Below, one piece after another: positions 36,327-46,872 of a stretch of DNA of 64,000 nucleotides. The notes under the pieces are model-generated. The model saw only the letters and a list, made by a program, of their open reading frames with translations. It was not told where the DNA came from and did not search any database. Source of the stretch: Gammaproteobacteria bacterium (GTDB lineage: Bacteria; Pseudomonadota; Gammaproteobacteria; Eutrophobiales; Eutrophobiaceae); assembly GCA_965116495.1 (NCBI GenBank), contig OZ220696.1, positions 2,304,001-2,368,000 of the forward strand, read 5' to 3'. The translations under genes and the position numbers were made by a program. Within the stretch, counting starts at the first letter, position 1. Every line of letters begins with the position of its first letter.

Positions 36327-37369
36327 CGAATAACCTCTATTGCCTCCCCGTCCTGCAAACCGTATTGCCCTTCCGTTACCACCGAAGTATCCAGCGGCAA
36401 CGCCGTTGGTGCTGCCCTGCCCTGTTGCGCGCCGGGAAGGGCATGAAACCTGGCTTTGCCCCTATCGGCAATAAAAACTCCGAGGCTGTCCTGGCGCCGG
36501 ACCAGTACCCTGGCGGAAATATGTGGCCGGTTGTCCTGCCAGACGAGTTTGCCGGCTGCGCCCGGCAAGGCCGCTGTGTTACTGAACAGCAGTCTTGCTT
36601 CCCGGTTGCGGGTCCGGGTATTGACTGTCGGCGCCACCGCGCGCAATTCGATATCATAACGTCCTGTTGAATCTTCGAAATACAGGTCCTTGATCGTTAC
36701 AACCTGCCCGATCTCCGTGGCCGGCACCTGCGCTGATACTTCCAGTTGCCCGATATCCACAATTTCGAACAACTTCGTCCCTTTTTCTGCAAATTCTCCC
36801 ACCGAACCTGTTCTTGCGGCGATGACGGCCTTGTATGGACTGACTATCATGCAGCGGGAAATATCGAGTTTGGACTTGTCCAGCCGCGACAATGCGCCCT
36901 GGTAATCCGCGCGCAAAACGGCCAGGTCGGCTTCTCTCTGGTCCAGCAACTCTTCCGATACGGTTTGCTTTTCCACCAGTGTCTCTGTTCTGGTCAAGCG
37001 GCGCTCCGCCAGCTCAATGCGGGCCAGGAGCGATGCAATATTCGCCTCCACCTGTTGCTTTGCCAGTTCAAAATCCGTGCAATCCAGCCTGGCGAGTACA
37101 CTGCCCGGTTCGACAATATCAGCGACCCGGACGGAGATCTTATCGATACGCGCGCCCACTTGCGTCGAAACAGCAGTGTTGTTCAGGCTGACGACGGTTG
37201 CCGGCGCATATTTGCCGGGATAGACGGCGATATCCGCAAGACGCATCGCCTTCACGGGGATACTGCTCTGCGCGCCCAGGCTGAGAGGTAAAATCAGAAA
37301 CAAACCTGACAGGAGTGCGGTTACGCCGACCCGTTGCCGGTGACCTGTTATATTTGTGTTACCTTGCAT
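36323..37369 (-). CDS. RND periplasmic adaptor (MFP) (copy 1)
   Basis: Paralogue of 32166-33191; overlaps the permease start. Confidence 0.9.
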   Translation of the reverse strand: MQGNTNITGHRQRVGVTALLSGLFLILPLSLGAQSSIPVKAMRLADIAVYPGKYAPATVVSLNNTAVSTQVGARIDKISVRVADIVEPGSVLARLDCTDFELAKQQVEANIASLLARIELAERRLTRTETLVEKQTVSEELLDQREADLAVLRADYQGALSRLDKSKLDISRCMIVSPYKAVIAARTGSVGEFAEKGTKLFEIVDIGQLEVSAQVPATEIGQVVTIKDLYFEDSTGRYDIELRAVAPTVNTRTRNREARLLFSNTAALPGAAGKLVWQDNRPHISARVLVRRQDSLGVFIADRGKARFHALPGAQQGRAAPTALPLDTSVVTEGQYGLQDGEAIEVIR

Positions 37370-37380
37370 AACTTGAGGAT

Positions 37381-38598
37381 TTATAACAATTCCTTGATGG
37401 GCGTGCCTGCATCAGCCAGTCTGGTTTTATCCACCGTCTTCTGCAACGGTATCAGTTTCTTGGTGAACATGAACTCCTGGGGCTTGTTTACTGCGTCAAC
37501 CGCGATCACCCTGCCCTCCTGCAAATAGAATGCCGCGAAACTGCGGCCCTCTCCCGGGTCGCCGCGGGTGATGATTTCATCGTACCCCTGGGACAGGCCG
37601 GCGATCTGCAGCATCAGGTCATATTGTTCGGACCAGAACCAGGGGACGGCGTTGTAACTGGTTTCCTTGCCGCAGGCAGCGCCGGCAATAACCCTGGACT
37701 GGTCCGTGGCATTCTGTACCGACTCAAGCCGTACCCAGCGATCATAGATTGGATTATGGTGAAACGTGCAATCACCGGCCGCGAAAATATCCGGGTCAGA
37801 CGTCTGCGCCCGCTCGTTGACCACTATACCGTTATCGACTTCCAGCCCTGCTGCCTCGGCCAGCGCCGTGTTCGGCAATATGCCTACACCGATGATGACG
37901 AGGTCAGCGGCAAATTCGTTGCCGTCACTGCACAGGACTTTGGTGACCCTGCCGTCGCCTTTGAAACCGCTCACGCCGACACCGCAACGGACACTGACAC
38001 CCTCTTCCCCGTGTATGCGGGTATAGAATTCCGATACCGCGGGAGCTGTTACCCGCTGCAACACCCGTTCCATCATCTCCAGCACCGTTACGTTCATGCC
38101 TTTTCCATTCAACACCGCCGCGGTCTCAAGACCGATGTAGCCGCCACCGACGATCACGGCGTTCGCTCCCGGGCTGATGTATGCGCTTATCCGCTCAACG
38201 TCCTTCAGGTCGCGCAGGTAAAATACGCCATCGAGCTCTACTCCCGGCAGGTTCACCTTTCTGACTTTCGACCCGACGGTCAAAGCCAGCTTGTCATAGG
38301 GCAGGGTTTCGTTGTTGCTCAGGCTCACTGTCTTTTCCCCCCGGTTGATGGATTCGACAGTGGTTTCAAGAATAAATTCAACTTCAGACTTCTCATACAC
38401 CGTGGCCGGGCGGATCAAAATTTCCTCCAGGGATTTGGCGCCGGCCAGGTAGTCTTTCGACAAGGGCGGGCGATGATACGGTATAGAGGCCTCGGCACCG
38501 ATAACGATAATGCGCCCCTGCCAGCCCTGCTGACGCAGGCTTGGCGCCAGCATGGACGCGGCATGGCTGGCGCCTGCGATTACAAAAGTTTCACTCAT
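37381..38598 (-). CDS. Ferredoxin-NAD(+) reductase (putidaredoxin/GR-type oxygenase reductase)
   Basis: PYHRPPLSK, VIVGGGYIGLE, TSDPDIFAAGDC, RLESVQNA, VPWFWSEQY. Confidence 0.92.
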   Translation of the reverse strand: MSETFVIAGASHAASMLAPSLRQQGWQGRIIVIGAEASIPYHRPPLSKDYLAGAKSLEEILIRPATVYEKSEVEFILETTVESINRGEKTVSLSNNETLPYDKLALTVGSKVRKVNLPGVELDGVFYLRDLKDVERISAYISPGANAVIVGGGYIGLETAAVLNGKGMNVTVLEMMERVLQRVTAPAVSEFYTRIHGEEGVSVRCGVGVSGFKGDGRVTKVLCSDGNEFAADLVIIGVGILPNTALAEAAGLEVDNGIVVNERAQTSDPDIFAAGDCTFHHNPIYDRWVRLESVQNATDQSRVIAGAACGKETSYNAVPWFWSEQYDLMLQIAGLSQGYDEIITRGDPGEGRSFAAFYLQEGRVIAVDAVNKPQEFMFTKKLIPLQKTVDKTRLADAGTPIKELL

Positions 38599-38689
38599 TT
38601 ATATTTTTCATTATATCTGTTGAATAAAAAGGATGGGATGGCCTTATCTTTACTGAAAATAGCATCTCAACTTGTTCAAGAGCATCTGA

Positions 38690-39976
38690 TTATTCGGATA
38701 GTTTACCCGCAACGTGATAAATTGCATCCGTCAATCGGGTTAACTCGGACTGGTTTATGACGTAAGACGGCATGATGTATATCAGGCGGCCGAACGGTCT
38801 GATCCAGACTCCACGTTCCACAAACCAGTGCGGGACGACGTGCATATTCACGGGCTGGTCAACTTCAACTACGCCGATAGCGCCCAGTACTCTAACGTCA
38901 ACGACGTTATCCAATTCCCTGCACACAGCCAGTTCGGCCTTTAGCTGGGTCTGTATGTCATCGACTCGCTGCTTCCAGCCGCCTTGTTCCAGTAATTGGA
39001 TACTGGCAAGCGCCACGGAGCAGGCCAGCGGGTTCGCCATGAAGGTGGGGCCGTGCATGAATACTCCCTCGCCTCCTGCCGAGATGGTGCCGGCAACCTT
39101 TTCTGTTGTCAGTGTGGCCGCCAGTGTCATGTAACCGCCGGTCAGCGCCTTGCCCAGGCACATGATGTCAGGCGTAACCCGGCTGTGTTCGCAGGCAAAC
39201 AGTTTGCCGGTCCTGCCGAACCCGGTGGCAATCTCGTCGAAAACCAGCAGCAGGTCATACTGGTCACAGGTATCCCTGACCCTGTTCAGGTACTCGGGGG
39301 AATAAAACCACATACCTCCGGCGCCCTGTACTACCGGTTCAAGTATGACCGCGGCAATTTCTTCATGGTGGTTTTCAGCCAGTGTTTCCAAGGGCCTTAT
39401 GTCGTCGTCCTGCCATTTCTCATCGAAGCGAACTCGGGGAGCATCGGCAAAGTAATGGCCGGGGAGCACGTCCCTGAACAGCGAGTGCATACCCGTCACG
39501 GGGTCGCAAACCGCCATGGCGCCGAACGTATCGCCATGATAGCCCTGGCGTATAGTCAGCAACTTTTGTTTGCCGGGGCGCCCTTTGGCTGCCCAGTACT
39601 GTATTGCCATCTTGATGGCGACTTCCACGGAGACGGAACCGGAATCGGCAAAGAACACAGTCTGCAATTCACTCGGGGTGATGTCCACCAGCTCCTGCGC
39701 CAGCCTGACCGCCGGTTCATGGGTGAGGCCGCCGAACATGACGTGAGCCATATCCTCCAGCTGCGTGCTGACAGCTTCATTCAGCGCCGGGTGGTTGTAC
39801 CCATGGATGGCGCACCACCAGGACGCCATGCCGTCGATCAACTCTCTCCCGTCCGCCAACGTGAGCCTGACACCGCTGGCTGAGACAACCGGAAATACCG
39901 GTGGCGGATCCACCATGGACGTATAAGGGTGCCACAACAGCGACCGATCAGCCTCTATCAGACTTTTATAACTCAT
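38690..39976 (-). CDS. bioA: Adenosylmethionine-8-amino-7-oxononanoate aminotransferase
   Basis: [62 protein letters not shown]. Confidence 0.97.
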   Translation of the reverse strand: MSYKSLIEADRSLLWHPYTSMVDPPPVFPVVSASGVRLTLADGRELIDGMASWWCAIHGYNHPALNEAVSTQLEDMAHVMFGGLTHEPAVRLAQELVDITPSELQTVFFADSGSVSVEVAIKMAIQYWAAKGRPGKQKLLTIRQGYHGDTFGAMAVCDPVTGMHSLFRDVLPGHYFADAPRVRFDEKWQDDDIRPLETLAENHHEEIAAVILEPVVQGAGGMWFYSPEYLNRVRDTCDQYDLLLVFDEIATGFGRTGKLFACEHSRVTPDIMCLGKALTGGYMTLAATLTTEKVAGTISAGGEGVFMHGPTFMANPLACSVALASIQLLEQGGWKQRVDDIQTQLKAELAVCRELDNVVDVRVLGAIGVVEVDQPVNMHVVPHWFVERGVWIRPFGRLIYIMPSYVINQSELTRLTDAIYHVAGKLSE

Positions 39977-40005
39977 CACGATGTCGTAGGATTCCAGTAC
40001 TCAAG

Positions 40006-40195
40006 TGTGGTATCAACTTACAATGCCATCTGCCGAAGCCGGCGTGGATACATCGACGACCTGGAGTGCCGCTTGTGCGCTGCGGAGAAGGTGATCCATG
40101 TCCGTTCCGCGGCGCGCGCGTGGCATGCTATCTATGATTTCGGCGTGAACCGGGCACGTATCGAGGCGTTGCGCCGCCAACTCCAAGATACATAG
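40006..40195 (+). pseudogene. C-terminal remnant of a DUF1499-like protein
   Basis: GYIDDLECRL...VIHVRSAAR...DFGVNRARIEALR* matches my recall of the DUF1499 C-terminus; no N-terminal part or independent start. Confidence 0.6.
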
Positions 40196-40204
40196 CTCAG
40201 GTGC

Positions 40205-41848
40205 TTAATAGCCCGCGGCCTGTCCGTCCTTGCGGGATTCCGAGGCGCCGTGATATACCCCGTTACCGGCTTTCATGATCGCCTGGTACCCGCCGAAACC
40301 GTCTGTTGCCCGCTGTACATGGTGACCGCGCTTGGCTAACTCCTTGACCACCTGATCCGGAAAACTCCTCTCAAGCAGTACCACCCCGCCGTCCGTGAGG
40401 TGTTCATCCACGTCTGCGGTCGGTTCGGTTGAACCGTCATGACGCCAGCGCGGTGCATCTCCCGCCAACTGTATGTCCATCCCGAAATCGATGATATTGG
40501 TCAATACCTGCACGTGGCCCTGGGGCTGCATATCACCGCCCATGACGCCGAAACTCATGAAAGGCTTGTCATTTTTCATAACGAACGCGGGAATAATGGT
40601 GTGGAACGGGCGTTTGCCGGGCGCGTAGGCGTTGGCATGGGACGGGTCCATGGAAAACAGCAGCCCGCGGTTTTGCAGGGCAAAGCCGGTTCCGGGAACG
40701 ACGATGCCGGAACCGAAGTAGTGGTAGACGCTCTGGATCAACGATACCATGTTGCCGGCGGAATCGGCCGCCGTTAAATAGATGGTGTCGCCATCCCGTA
40801 AAATCCCCTCTCCGGCCCTGACTCGGAGCGCGGCGCCGTGTTTAATCAGAGAGCGTCTTGTTTTATTGTATTTCGCGCTGAGCAGGCGTTCAGTCCGAAC
40901 TCCGGTAAAATCCGGGTCCGCGTAAAATTTCGCCCGGTCTTCGAATACCAGTTTCTTTGCCTCCAGCATCAGGTGCAGGCAATCCACGTTCATAAAGCCC
41001 ATGGCGGCAAGGTCGTCGTCTTCAAGCATCTGCAACATCTGCAGGGCAGCGATACCCTGGCCGCTGGGCGGCAGTTCAAACACGTCATAACCCCGGTAAT
41101 TCACGGTTACCGGCGTGATCCAGTCCGAACGGTGTGTTTGCAGGTCGGCGTGGTCGATGTAACCGCCATTGTCCTGCATGAATCCGACAATCCGATCGGC
41201 CAGTTCACCCTGGTAGAAGGCTTTGTTGCCGGCATCCGCAATCAGTCGGTAACAGCGGGCCAGGTCCCTGTTTGTAAAAATATCACCGACGGCCGGCGCC
41301 CGCCCACCCGGAGCATATACGCTGTCAAACACGCCTGGTACGGTTCCCGATATTTCAGCCGCCGCCCACTGCCACTGGCCGGCTATAACAGGCGAGACCG
41401 GAAATCCGCGTTCCGCATAATTGATTGCCGGCGCCAGCAGTTCGGCAAACGGCAACTTGCCGAACCTGTCGTGTAAAGTAGTCCAGCCGTGTACCGCGCC
41501 CGGCACGGATACCGAGAGGATACTGTTGTGTGGAATATGGCGCGTACCCAGCTTTCGTAACCGTCCGGACAATTCACCGTTATCGAGAGACCCGGGGGAG
41601 CGGCCGCTGGCATTGAGACCGTGCAGTTGTTTCTCTTTCTCATCCCAGACGATGGCAAACAGGTCGCCTCCAATTCCACACATGTGGGGTTCCATCAGGC
41701 CCAGGGCGGCATTGGCCGCGATGGCCGCGTCCAGCGCACTGCCACCTTTTTTCAGTATGCCCAGGCCGACGTCGGTCGCCAGGGGTTGGCTGGTTGCGAC
41801 CATGCCGTTGCCGGCGATGACCGCAGAACGGCTGCTTGTTATATTCAT
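40205..41848 (-). CDS. ggt: Gamma-glutamyltransferase (no signal peptide)
   Basis: GMVATSQPLA, GIGGDLF, autocleavage GDTIYL, KRPFHTIIP, GVMGGDMQPQGH. Confidence 0.93.
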   Translation of the reverse strand: MNITSSRSAVIAGNGMVATSQPLATDVGLGILKKGGSALDAAIAANAALGLMEPHMCGIGGDLFAIVWDEKEKQLHGLNASGRSPGSLDNGELSGRLRKLGTRHIPHNSILSVSVPGAVHGWTTLHDRFGKLPFAELLAPAINYAERGFPVSPVIAGQWQWAAAEISGTVPGVFDSVYAPGGRAPAVGDIFTNRDLARCYRLIADAGNKAFYQGELADRIVGFMQDNGGYIDHADLQTHRSDWITPVTVNYRGYDVFELPPSGQGIAALQMLQMLEDDDLAAMGFMNVDCLHLMLEAKKLVFEDRAKFYADPDFTGVRTERLLSAKYNKTRRSLIKHGAALRVRAGEGILRDGDTIYLTAADSAGNMVSLIQSVYHYFGSGIVVPGTGFALQNRGLLFSMDPSHANAYAPGKRPFHTIIPAFVMKNDKPFMSFGVMGGDMQPQGHVQVLTNIIDFGMDIQLAGDAPRWRHDGSTEPTADVDEHLTDGGVVLLERSFPDQVVKELAKRGHHVQRATDGFGGYQAIMKAGNGVYHGASESRKDGQAAGY

Positions 41849-41953
41849 AAAGGCGAATTATACGCCTCAACTACAATTTAAGTAATCGAAATTCCGGGGA
41901 ATGAAATTGACTGGATTCCTGCTTGCGCAGGAATGACGAGTCTTGGATAGGTT

Positions 41954-42026
41954 AATTTGGGACAACCATAAATTCATTTTGTGGGGGTCCCGGATTAGGT
42001 TTATGAATTTATGGTTGTCCCAAATT
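41954..42026. repeat. 24-bp perfect inverted repeat (ggacaaccataaat REP-like family)
   Basis: aatttgggacaaccataaattcat ... atgaatttatggttgtcccaaatt; related copies at ~54644-54745 and ~10786-10815. Confidence 0.8.
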
Positions 42027-42070
42027 TGTTTTTTCATCAATATGTCGGACGTGAAAGAAAATAGTTCTGC

Positions 42071-42985
42071 ATGAGCAATTTCATCATAAAAGCCGAAAAC
42101 CTGAAAAAGTCCTTTAATGGCGAATTTGTCGTCAAGGGGATAGATTTACAGGTTCCTTCGGGGGGGTGTTTCGGCTTGCTCGGCCCCAACGGCGCCGGCA
42201 AAACGACCACGCTGAGAATGATCCTGGGCCAATCCCCACTGACCGAAGGCAGCCTGGAAGTCATGGGGCTGGATGTACCGACACATGCCCGCCGGATACG
42301 CAGAGACATTGGTGTAGTCCCGCAACTGGATAATCTTGATCTCGATTTTACCGTAGTGGAAAACCTGAAAGTCTATGCCGGGTTTTTCAATCTCAAGGGG
42401 CCTGAATTGAATAAACGGATCGGGGAGCTATTGAAATTCGTCGAGTTGACTGAAAAAGCCGACATCCGAATCAATCAACTGTCCGGTGGAATGAAGCGGC
42501 GCCTCAGCATTGCCCGGGCGCTGGTGAATAATCCCAGGTTACTGGTACTGGATGAGCCGACGACCGGCCTGGACCCCCAGGTCAGGCACCTGATCTGGGG
42601 CAGGTTGCGGGAATTGAAAACTTCGGGCACGACCTTGTTACTGACCACGCATTTCATGGAAGAGGCGGAACGCCTGTGTGACGATATCGTTATCATGGAC
42701 CACGGCATTCTTCTCAGCCAGGGGCATCCGAAACAGTTAATCAAGAAACACGTGGAACCCGAGGTTGTGGAAATTCACGGGGAGATGGATGCGCTGCCGG
42801 GCATACTGACTGAGAAAGACATACACCGGGTGGAGATAGTGGGGGAGACGATTTACTATTTTACCAATGCCCCCGGTGAAATAATCCGGCGAGTTGAAGA
42901 CAAGCCGGACGTGCACTACCTGCACCGCCCCGCCAACCTGGAAGACGTATTTTTACGCCTGACCGGCAGGGAGTTGAGGGAATAG
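42071..42985 (+). CDS. NodI-like ABC-2 exporter ATPase
   Basis: GPNGAGKTT, IGVVPQ.DNLD, LSGGMKRR, LDEPTTGLDPQ, NLEDVFLRLTGR. Confidence 0.9.
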   Translation: MSNFIIKAENLKKSFNGEFVVKGIDLQVPSGGCFGLLGPNGAGKTTTLRMILGQSPLTEGSLEVMGLDVPTHARRIRRDIGVVPQLDNLDLDFTVVENLKVYAGFFNLKGPELNKRIGELLKFVELTEKADIRINQLSGGMKRRLSIARALVNNPRLLVLDEPTTGLDPQVRHLIWGRLRELKTSGTTLLLTTHFMEEAERLCDDIVIMDHGILLSQGHPKQLIKKHVEPEVVEIHGEMDALPGILTEKDIHRVEIVGETIYYFTNAPGEIIRRVEDKPDVHYLHRPANLEDVFLRLTGRELRE

Positions 42986-43029
42986 CCCGGATTTCCCATC
43001 AGGTGATGCGATGATTGCACAGAATTTTA

Positions 43030-43102
43030 GATGCGCTCCGTCCCTGGAGAGCCCCCTTCGGGCAACCTGCGGTTGTCCAAATTCGTTCCTGACGAATTTG
43101 TG
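43030..43102. repeat. Multi-hairpin REP/MITE-like element
   Basis: gcccccttcgggc, gcaacc-tgc-ggttg and caaattcgt..acgaatttg hairpins; same layout as 22434-22508. Confidence 0.6.
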
Positions 43103-43158
43103 CCTTCAGCGGGTGCCTGCGACCGAAAGCATAGTGGTTCTTATGGTTGAGGAAGCAC

Positions 43159-43998
43159 GTGCCCGCTGAAGGCAAAAAGACAAGCAAGGACGCAGTACCT
43201 GATGGGAAATCCGGGCTGCTGATCGATTGGCGTCTACCCGATATGCGTATCGGGATGTTCTTCGTGTGGCGCCGGAACCTGCTGGTATGGCGGAAATTAA
43301 TGATTCCCAGTTTACTGTTCAATTTTGGCGAGCCCTTTTTATACCTGCTCGGTCTTGGCCTGGGGCTGGGAAAGTTTGTGGGCGAACTGGGCGGACTGCC
43401 ATACCTGACTTTTCTTGCCAGCGGCCTGCTTGCCTCATCATCCATGAACACCGCAACGTTTGAAGGCCTGTTCTCGGTATATACGCGCATGGTCCCGCAG
43501 CAAACCTATGAGGGCATGCTGGCAACACCCCTGGAAGTTGACGATATCGTAGCCGGGGAAATGTTGTGGTGCGCAACCAAGGGGCTGTTCAGCAGTTCCG
43601 CCATTTTACTGGTGGCCTTTTTACTGGGCGCTATCTCACACTGGCAGGCGCTGCTCTGTATTCCTCTCTTCATCTTAACCGGCTTGTGTTTCGCCGGCCC
43701 GGCCATCATGGTCGCCTCTTTCTCGCGTTCCTATGATTTCTTCAACTACTACGTTACCCTTGTATTGACCCCCATGTTCATTTTCTGTGGTGTTTTCTAT
43801 CCCGTTGCGACATTACCCGATTTCGCACAATCGGTTGTGCAGTTTCTGCCGCTCAGTCATTCAATCGCCTTGATCAGGCCCCTCTCAACAGGGCAGGAAT
43901 TGTCCCAGGTAATTCTCCATATCGGCGTGTTATTCGCTTTTGCTCTGGTCAGCTTTTACTGCGCAGTCGTGCTGGTACGTAGAAGATTGATTCAGTAG
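43159..43998 (+). CDS. NodJ-like ABC-2 permease
   Basis: VWRRN..VW, EPFLYLLGLG, FLASG, TPMFIFCGVFYP, LPLSHSI; start placed at the GTG after GAGGA. Confidence 0.88.
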   Translation: MPAEGKKTSKDAVPDGKSGLLIDWRLPDMRIGMFFVWRRNLLVWRKLMIPSLLFNFGEPFLYLLGLGLGLGKFVGELGGLPYLTFLASGLLASSSMNTATFEGLFSVYTRMVPQQTYEGMLATPLEVDDIVAGEMLWCATKGLFSSSAILLVAFLLGAISHWQALLCIPLFILTGLCFAGPAIMVASFSRSYDFFNYYVTLVLTPMFIFCGVFYPVATLPDFAQSVVQFLPLSHSIALIRPLSTGQELSQVILHIGVLFAFALVSFYCAVVLVRRRLIQ

Positions 43999-44117
43999 TA
44001 GTATAGCTATCCACCCGCTTAATTATTCAGGTTTCATCTGCATACTCTCATTCTGACTTACAAGCTGTTTGCTTAAGATGCGTACAGGAAGTATGGGACT
44101 ATTGGTGGAAATATGTT

Positions 44118-46763
44118 TCAGAAGTCGCGGTTGTAACGTAGCAGCAATGCAAATTCGTTTTCTCCGCGGGTGTGCCCTGCATGGCGGGTGACGAGTGTTG
44201 CCAAGTGGGCCTGTCCGCCTTTCCAGGGCCGGCTATAGGCCAGTTCAAGGTCAAGTTGACGACCGGAGGGTTCCAGGTCGAGAGTGGTTTTTTCGATCTG
44301 TACCTGCCTGTTCCGAGTCCGGCCTGAGGCCCAATGGAAGCGGGCGTTTCCTGACTCAACGCGCAGCGGCTGGGACAGTCGGAACGCCAGGCGGTCCTGC
44401 GTATAGCCGATGTTTTCGCCGATAACACCAATTGTAAAAGTGCTGGTCAACAGTGTGGATAGGTCATGCAGCATCCCGTATTTCTGCATCCCGGTCCGGC
44501 TGATGCCCGCATGGAGGTCGCCAAGAACGGTCCAGTGATCACCGAACCGACGATACGCCGAGACTCCCGTAAAGACAGTATCGGCGTTCAGTTCGCCGAA
44601 TGCACCGCTTGGTCGACTGCCGGCAAGATGGTTTGGTTCCATCAACCAGCCTGCCTGGATGGCGGCCCCGGACAGCATGTTATGCGCGAACCGGTATTCA
44701 GCCAGTGTGCCGGTAGACTGACTGGAGTCGATAGCGCGTCGTTCGCCGTATTGTGCAGCGCCGTGAAAGGCCGCGATACTGAGAGCTCCCTTGCCTATTG
44801 GCATTGCGATGCCCGCGCCCGCGCCGTTGCGGGCGAACGTAAGGAAGGGATTGGTAAAGGCTGCATCGTCGGTGAATGTCCCCGGAGTAATTGAGCCGGT
44901 GGCATGAAGCCCGAAACGCCAACCCGGATGGCTGCGCAGCCCGAAGAAGATTTCGTTGTCTCCGGCATGGCGAGTCAAGGACAATGAAGCGAGTCGGGAT
45001 TCGATTGTATCGTATCCGGTTCCCCGGCGAGTATAGCTGTGAAGACCGGTTATTTCAGCGTTAGCTTCTGCTGAAATCCCTGATGGGATTAAGCCGTAAT
45101 AGCGCCGATCCGGCACAGGTTCAAGGCGCATCCGTAGTTCAAGGTCCTGTGTATTCCACACGCCGCCGCGCGGATCATTGCCCAACACCCAGAGGCGTTC
45201 TTCGAGGCGTGCGCCGGCGCTTGCGTTCGGTTGGATGTAATCATTGAGCGGACGAAAGAACGGCGCATCCAGTTCATCGAAGCTCGCTATCTCACTGGAG
45301 GCAAACCCGTGAGAGAGCGCATCACCGAAGGCTGGGCCAGGAGAGAAGGTGCTGAGGCTTCCCGGGGCTGAAGGTCCGGAAAGTGATTGACCGGTCAGCA
45401 TGCGCGTGTCACCGACCGGCCGGGTGGCGCTGTCAAGGTCAAGAAACCCTTGGCCGTAGATGTCAGAGTCTGCGTATATTCCCTCCTTGTTTGCCGTTTC
45501 CAGCATGCGCCTGACGATCTCATCGTTGCCGAGTTGGTCGCGATAGTACTGGGCAAGCAAGGCAACCCCGCCAGTGACGACAGGCGCGGCAAAAGAGGTG
45601 CCGGATGCGCTGGCGTAACAGTCCCCGGACCCGGTTGGACAGTAGGTGTTGGGTAAGGGCCCTGTGAGTTCTACGCCCGGCGCTGCCAGGCAGAAATCCT
45701 TTGCTATGCCGCAACGGCTGGAGAAACCTGCGATCTCACCGTTCTGATCGGTTGCGACCACGGCAACAGAGTGGCCGCGCAGTTCAGGAATACGGACAGG
45801 GAGCCCAGCCACGATCTCGACTGAGGTGGCAGACTCTATTGTTCCGTCAGAGTGTACTTCGCCGCGCGCATTGCCTGCCGCCCATACGTAGATGGTGCGT
45901 TCACTGGCCGGGGTAGCTGCCTGGGCAATAGCTTCCAGGGTGAGGGGCAAAGCGCCGCGGATCTCCGTTTCATTGTAATCCTCGATGTTCCCGAGAAAAC
46001 CAAAGCTCAGGTTGATGGCCGTGACACTGGGGTTTAACCGTTTGGAAATCTCTGCAAACTCCAGGTCTGTCGAACCCAGGGAACCGGGCAGGCTCAGGTC
46101 AATGGGATCATAGTAATCGGGGGGATCGCCGAAGGGGATACCCACCGAGAACAGTTTGGCGTCGAATGCAATACCGTGAACGGCAAACTCACTTCCGGTT
46201 CCATTGGTGGCGTCTGTTTGCCGGTTTGCCGCTATAACGCCTCCCACCAGGGTGCCATGTGACGGAGGTCCCGCATCCAGTGAGCAGGATCCGTCCGGTT
46301 CGCTCATTGCACAAAAGCTGTAGTCCGGGTCGTATCCTGCAGCATTGAAGGAATCGGTATGCAATTTCCCCGCAAACTTTGTATGTCCCGGGTCAATGCC
46401 GCTGTCAATAATGCCGATGGTGACGCCTTCACCGGTCGCGCCGCGGGCGTAGGCATAGTGGGCGTTGACCTGTTCCAGGGCGGGCTGGTTGCGGAATTCG
46501 GGGTGCCCGGCATATTCCCGGCGCAGTTCAGCTTCAGATTCGTCAGGCTCGGCCGTGACCGGTGGCGGTTCCGGCATGACGGGCGGGGGTTGGGGAGTGG
46601 CCGGAGGCGATCGGCTTTTGGTCCCTCCTCCCCCGCTACAACCGGTGATGAGTAATATCATCCCGCCTGTTAACACCAGCCGTTTTGCTATAGTAATAAT
46701 ATATTTTCTCCAGGAGTTCCGCGGTGAGACAACCATGCTACATACATTTGAAGCTGCATACAC
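44118..46763 (-). CDS. S8 subtilisin-like serine peptidase, lipoprotein with C-terminal outer-membrane beta-barrel-like domain
   Basis: Lipobox LITGC then Gly/Pro linker; triad IIDSG, HGTLV, GTSFAAP; AAGN; ends YNRDF. Start uncertain. Confidence 0.85.
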   Translation of the reverse strand: MYAASNVCSMVVSPRNSWRKYIITIAKRLVLTGGMILLITGCSGGGGTKSRSPPATPQPPPVMPEPPPVTAEPDESEAELRREYAGHPEFRNQPALEQVNAHYAYARGATGEGVTIGIIDSGIDPGHTKFAGKLHTDSFNAAGYDPDYSFCAMSEPDGSCSLDAGPPSHGTLVGGVIAANRQTDATNGTGSEFAVHGIAFDAKLFSVGIPFGDPPDYYDPIDLSLPGSLGSTDLEFAEISKRLNPSVTAINLSFGFLGNIEDYNETEIRGALPLTLEAIAQAATPASERTIYVWAAGNARGEVHSDGTIESATSVEIVAGLPVRIPELRGHSVAVVATDQNGEIAGFSSRCGIAKDFCLAAPGVELTGPLPNTYCPTGSGDCYASASGTSFAAPVVTGGVALLAQYYRDQLGNDEIVRRMLETANKEGIYADSDIYGQGFLDLDSATRPVGDTRMLTGQSLSGPSAPGSLSTFSPGPAFGDALSHGFASSEIASFDELDAPFFRPLNDYIQPNASAGARLEERLWVLGNDPRGGVWNTQDLELRMRLEPVPDRRYYGLIPSGISAEANAEITGLHSYTRRGTGYDTIESRLASLSLTRHAGDNEIFFGLRSHPGWRFGLHATGSITPGTFTDDAAFTNPFLTFARNGAGAGIAMPIGKGALSIAAFHGAAQYGERRAIDSSQSTGTLAEYRFAHNMLSGAAIQAGWLMEPNHLAGSRPSGAFGELNADTVFTGVSAYRRFGDHWTVLGDLHAGISRTGMQKYGMLHDLSTLLTSTFTIGVIGENIGYTQDRLAFRLSQPLRVESGNARFHWASGRTRNRQVQIEKTTLDLEPSGRQLDLELAYSRPWKGGQAHLATLVTRHAGHTRGENEFALLLRYNRDF

Positions 46764-46872
46764 CGGGTTTGTTTGTATTCACCGTACTCCTTATAATCGA
46801 TTGCAAACAACTCCAGACTAAGTAACCGGCATGTTATCATTGGCGCAAGTGTTGTAACTTCAGGAGTCATAC

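Noticed and set aside
42071-43998. Nod-factor export (nodulation)
   Set aside because: NodIJ-like ABC-2 pairs are widespread in non-rhizobial proteobacteria, and no nodABC genes are present.
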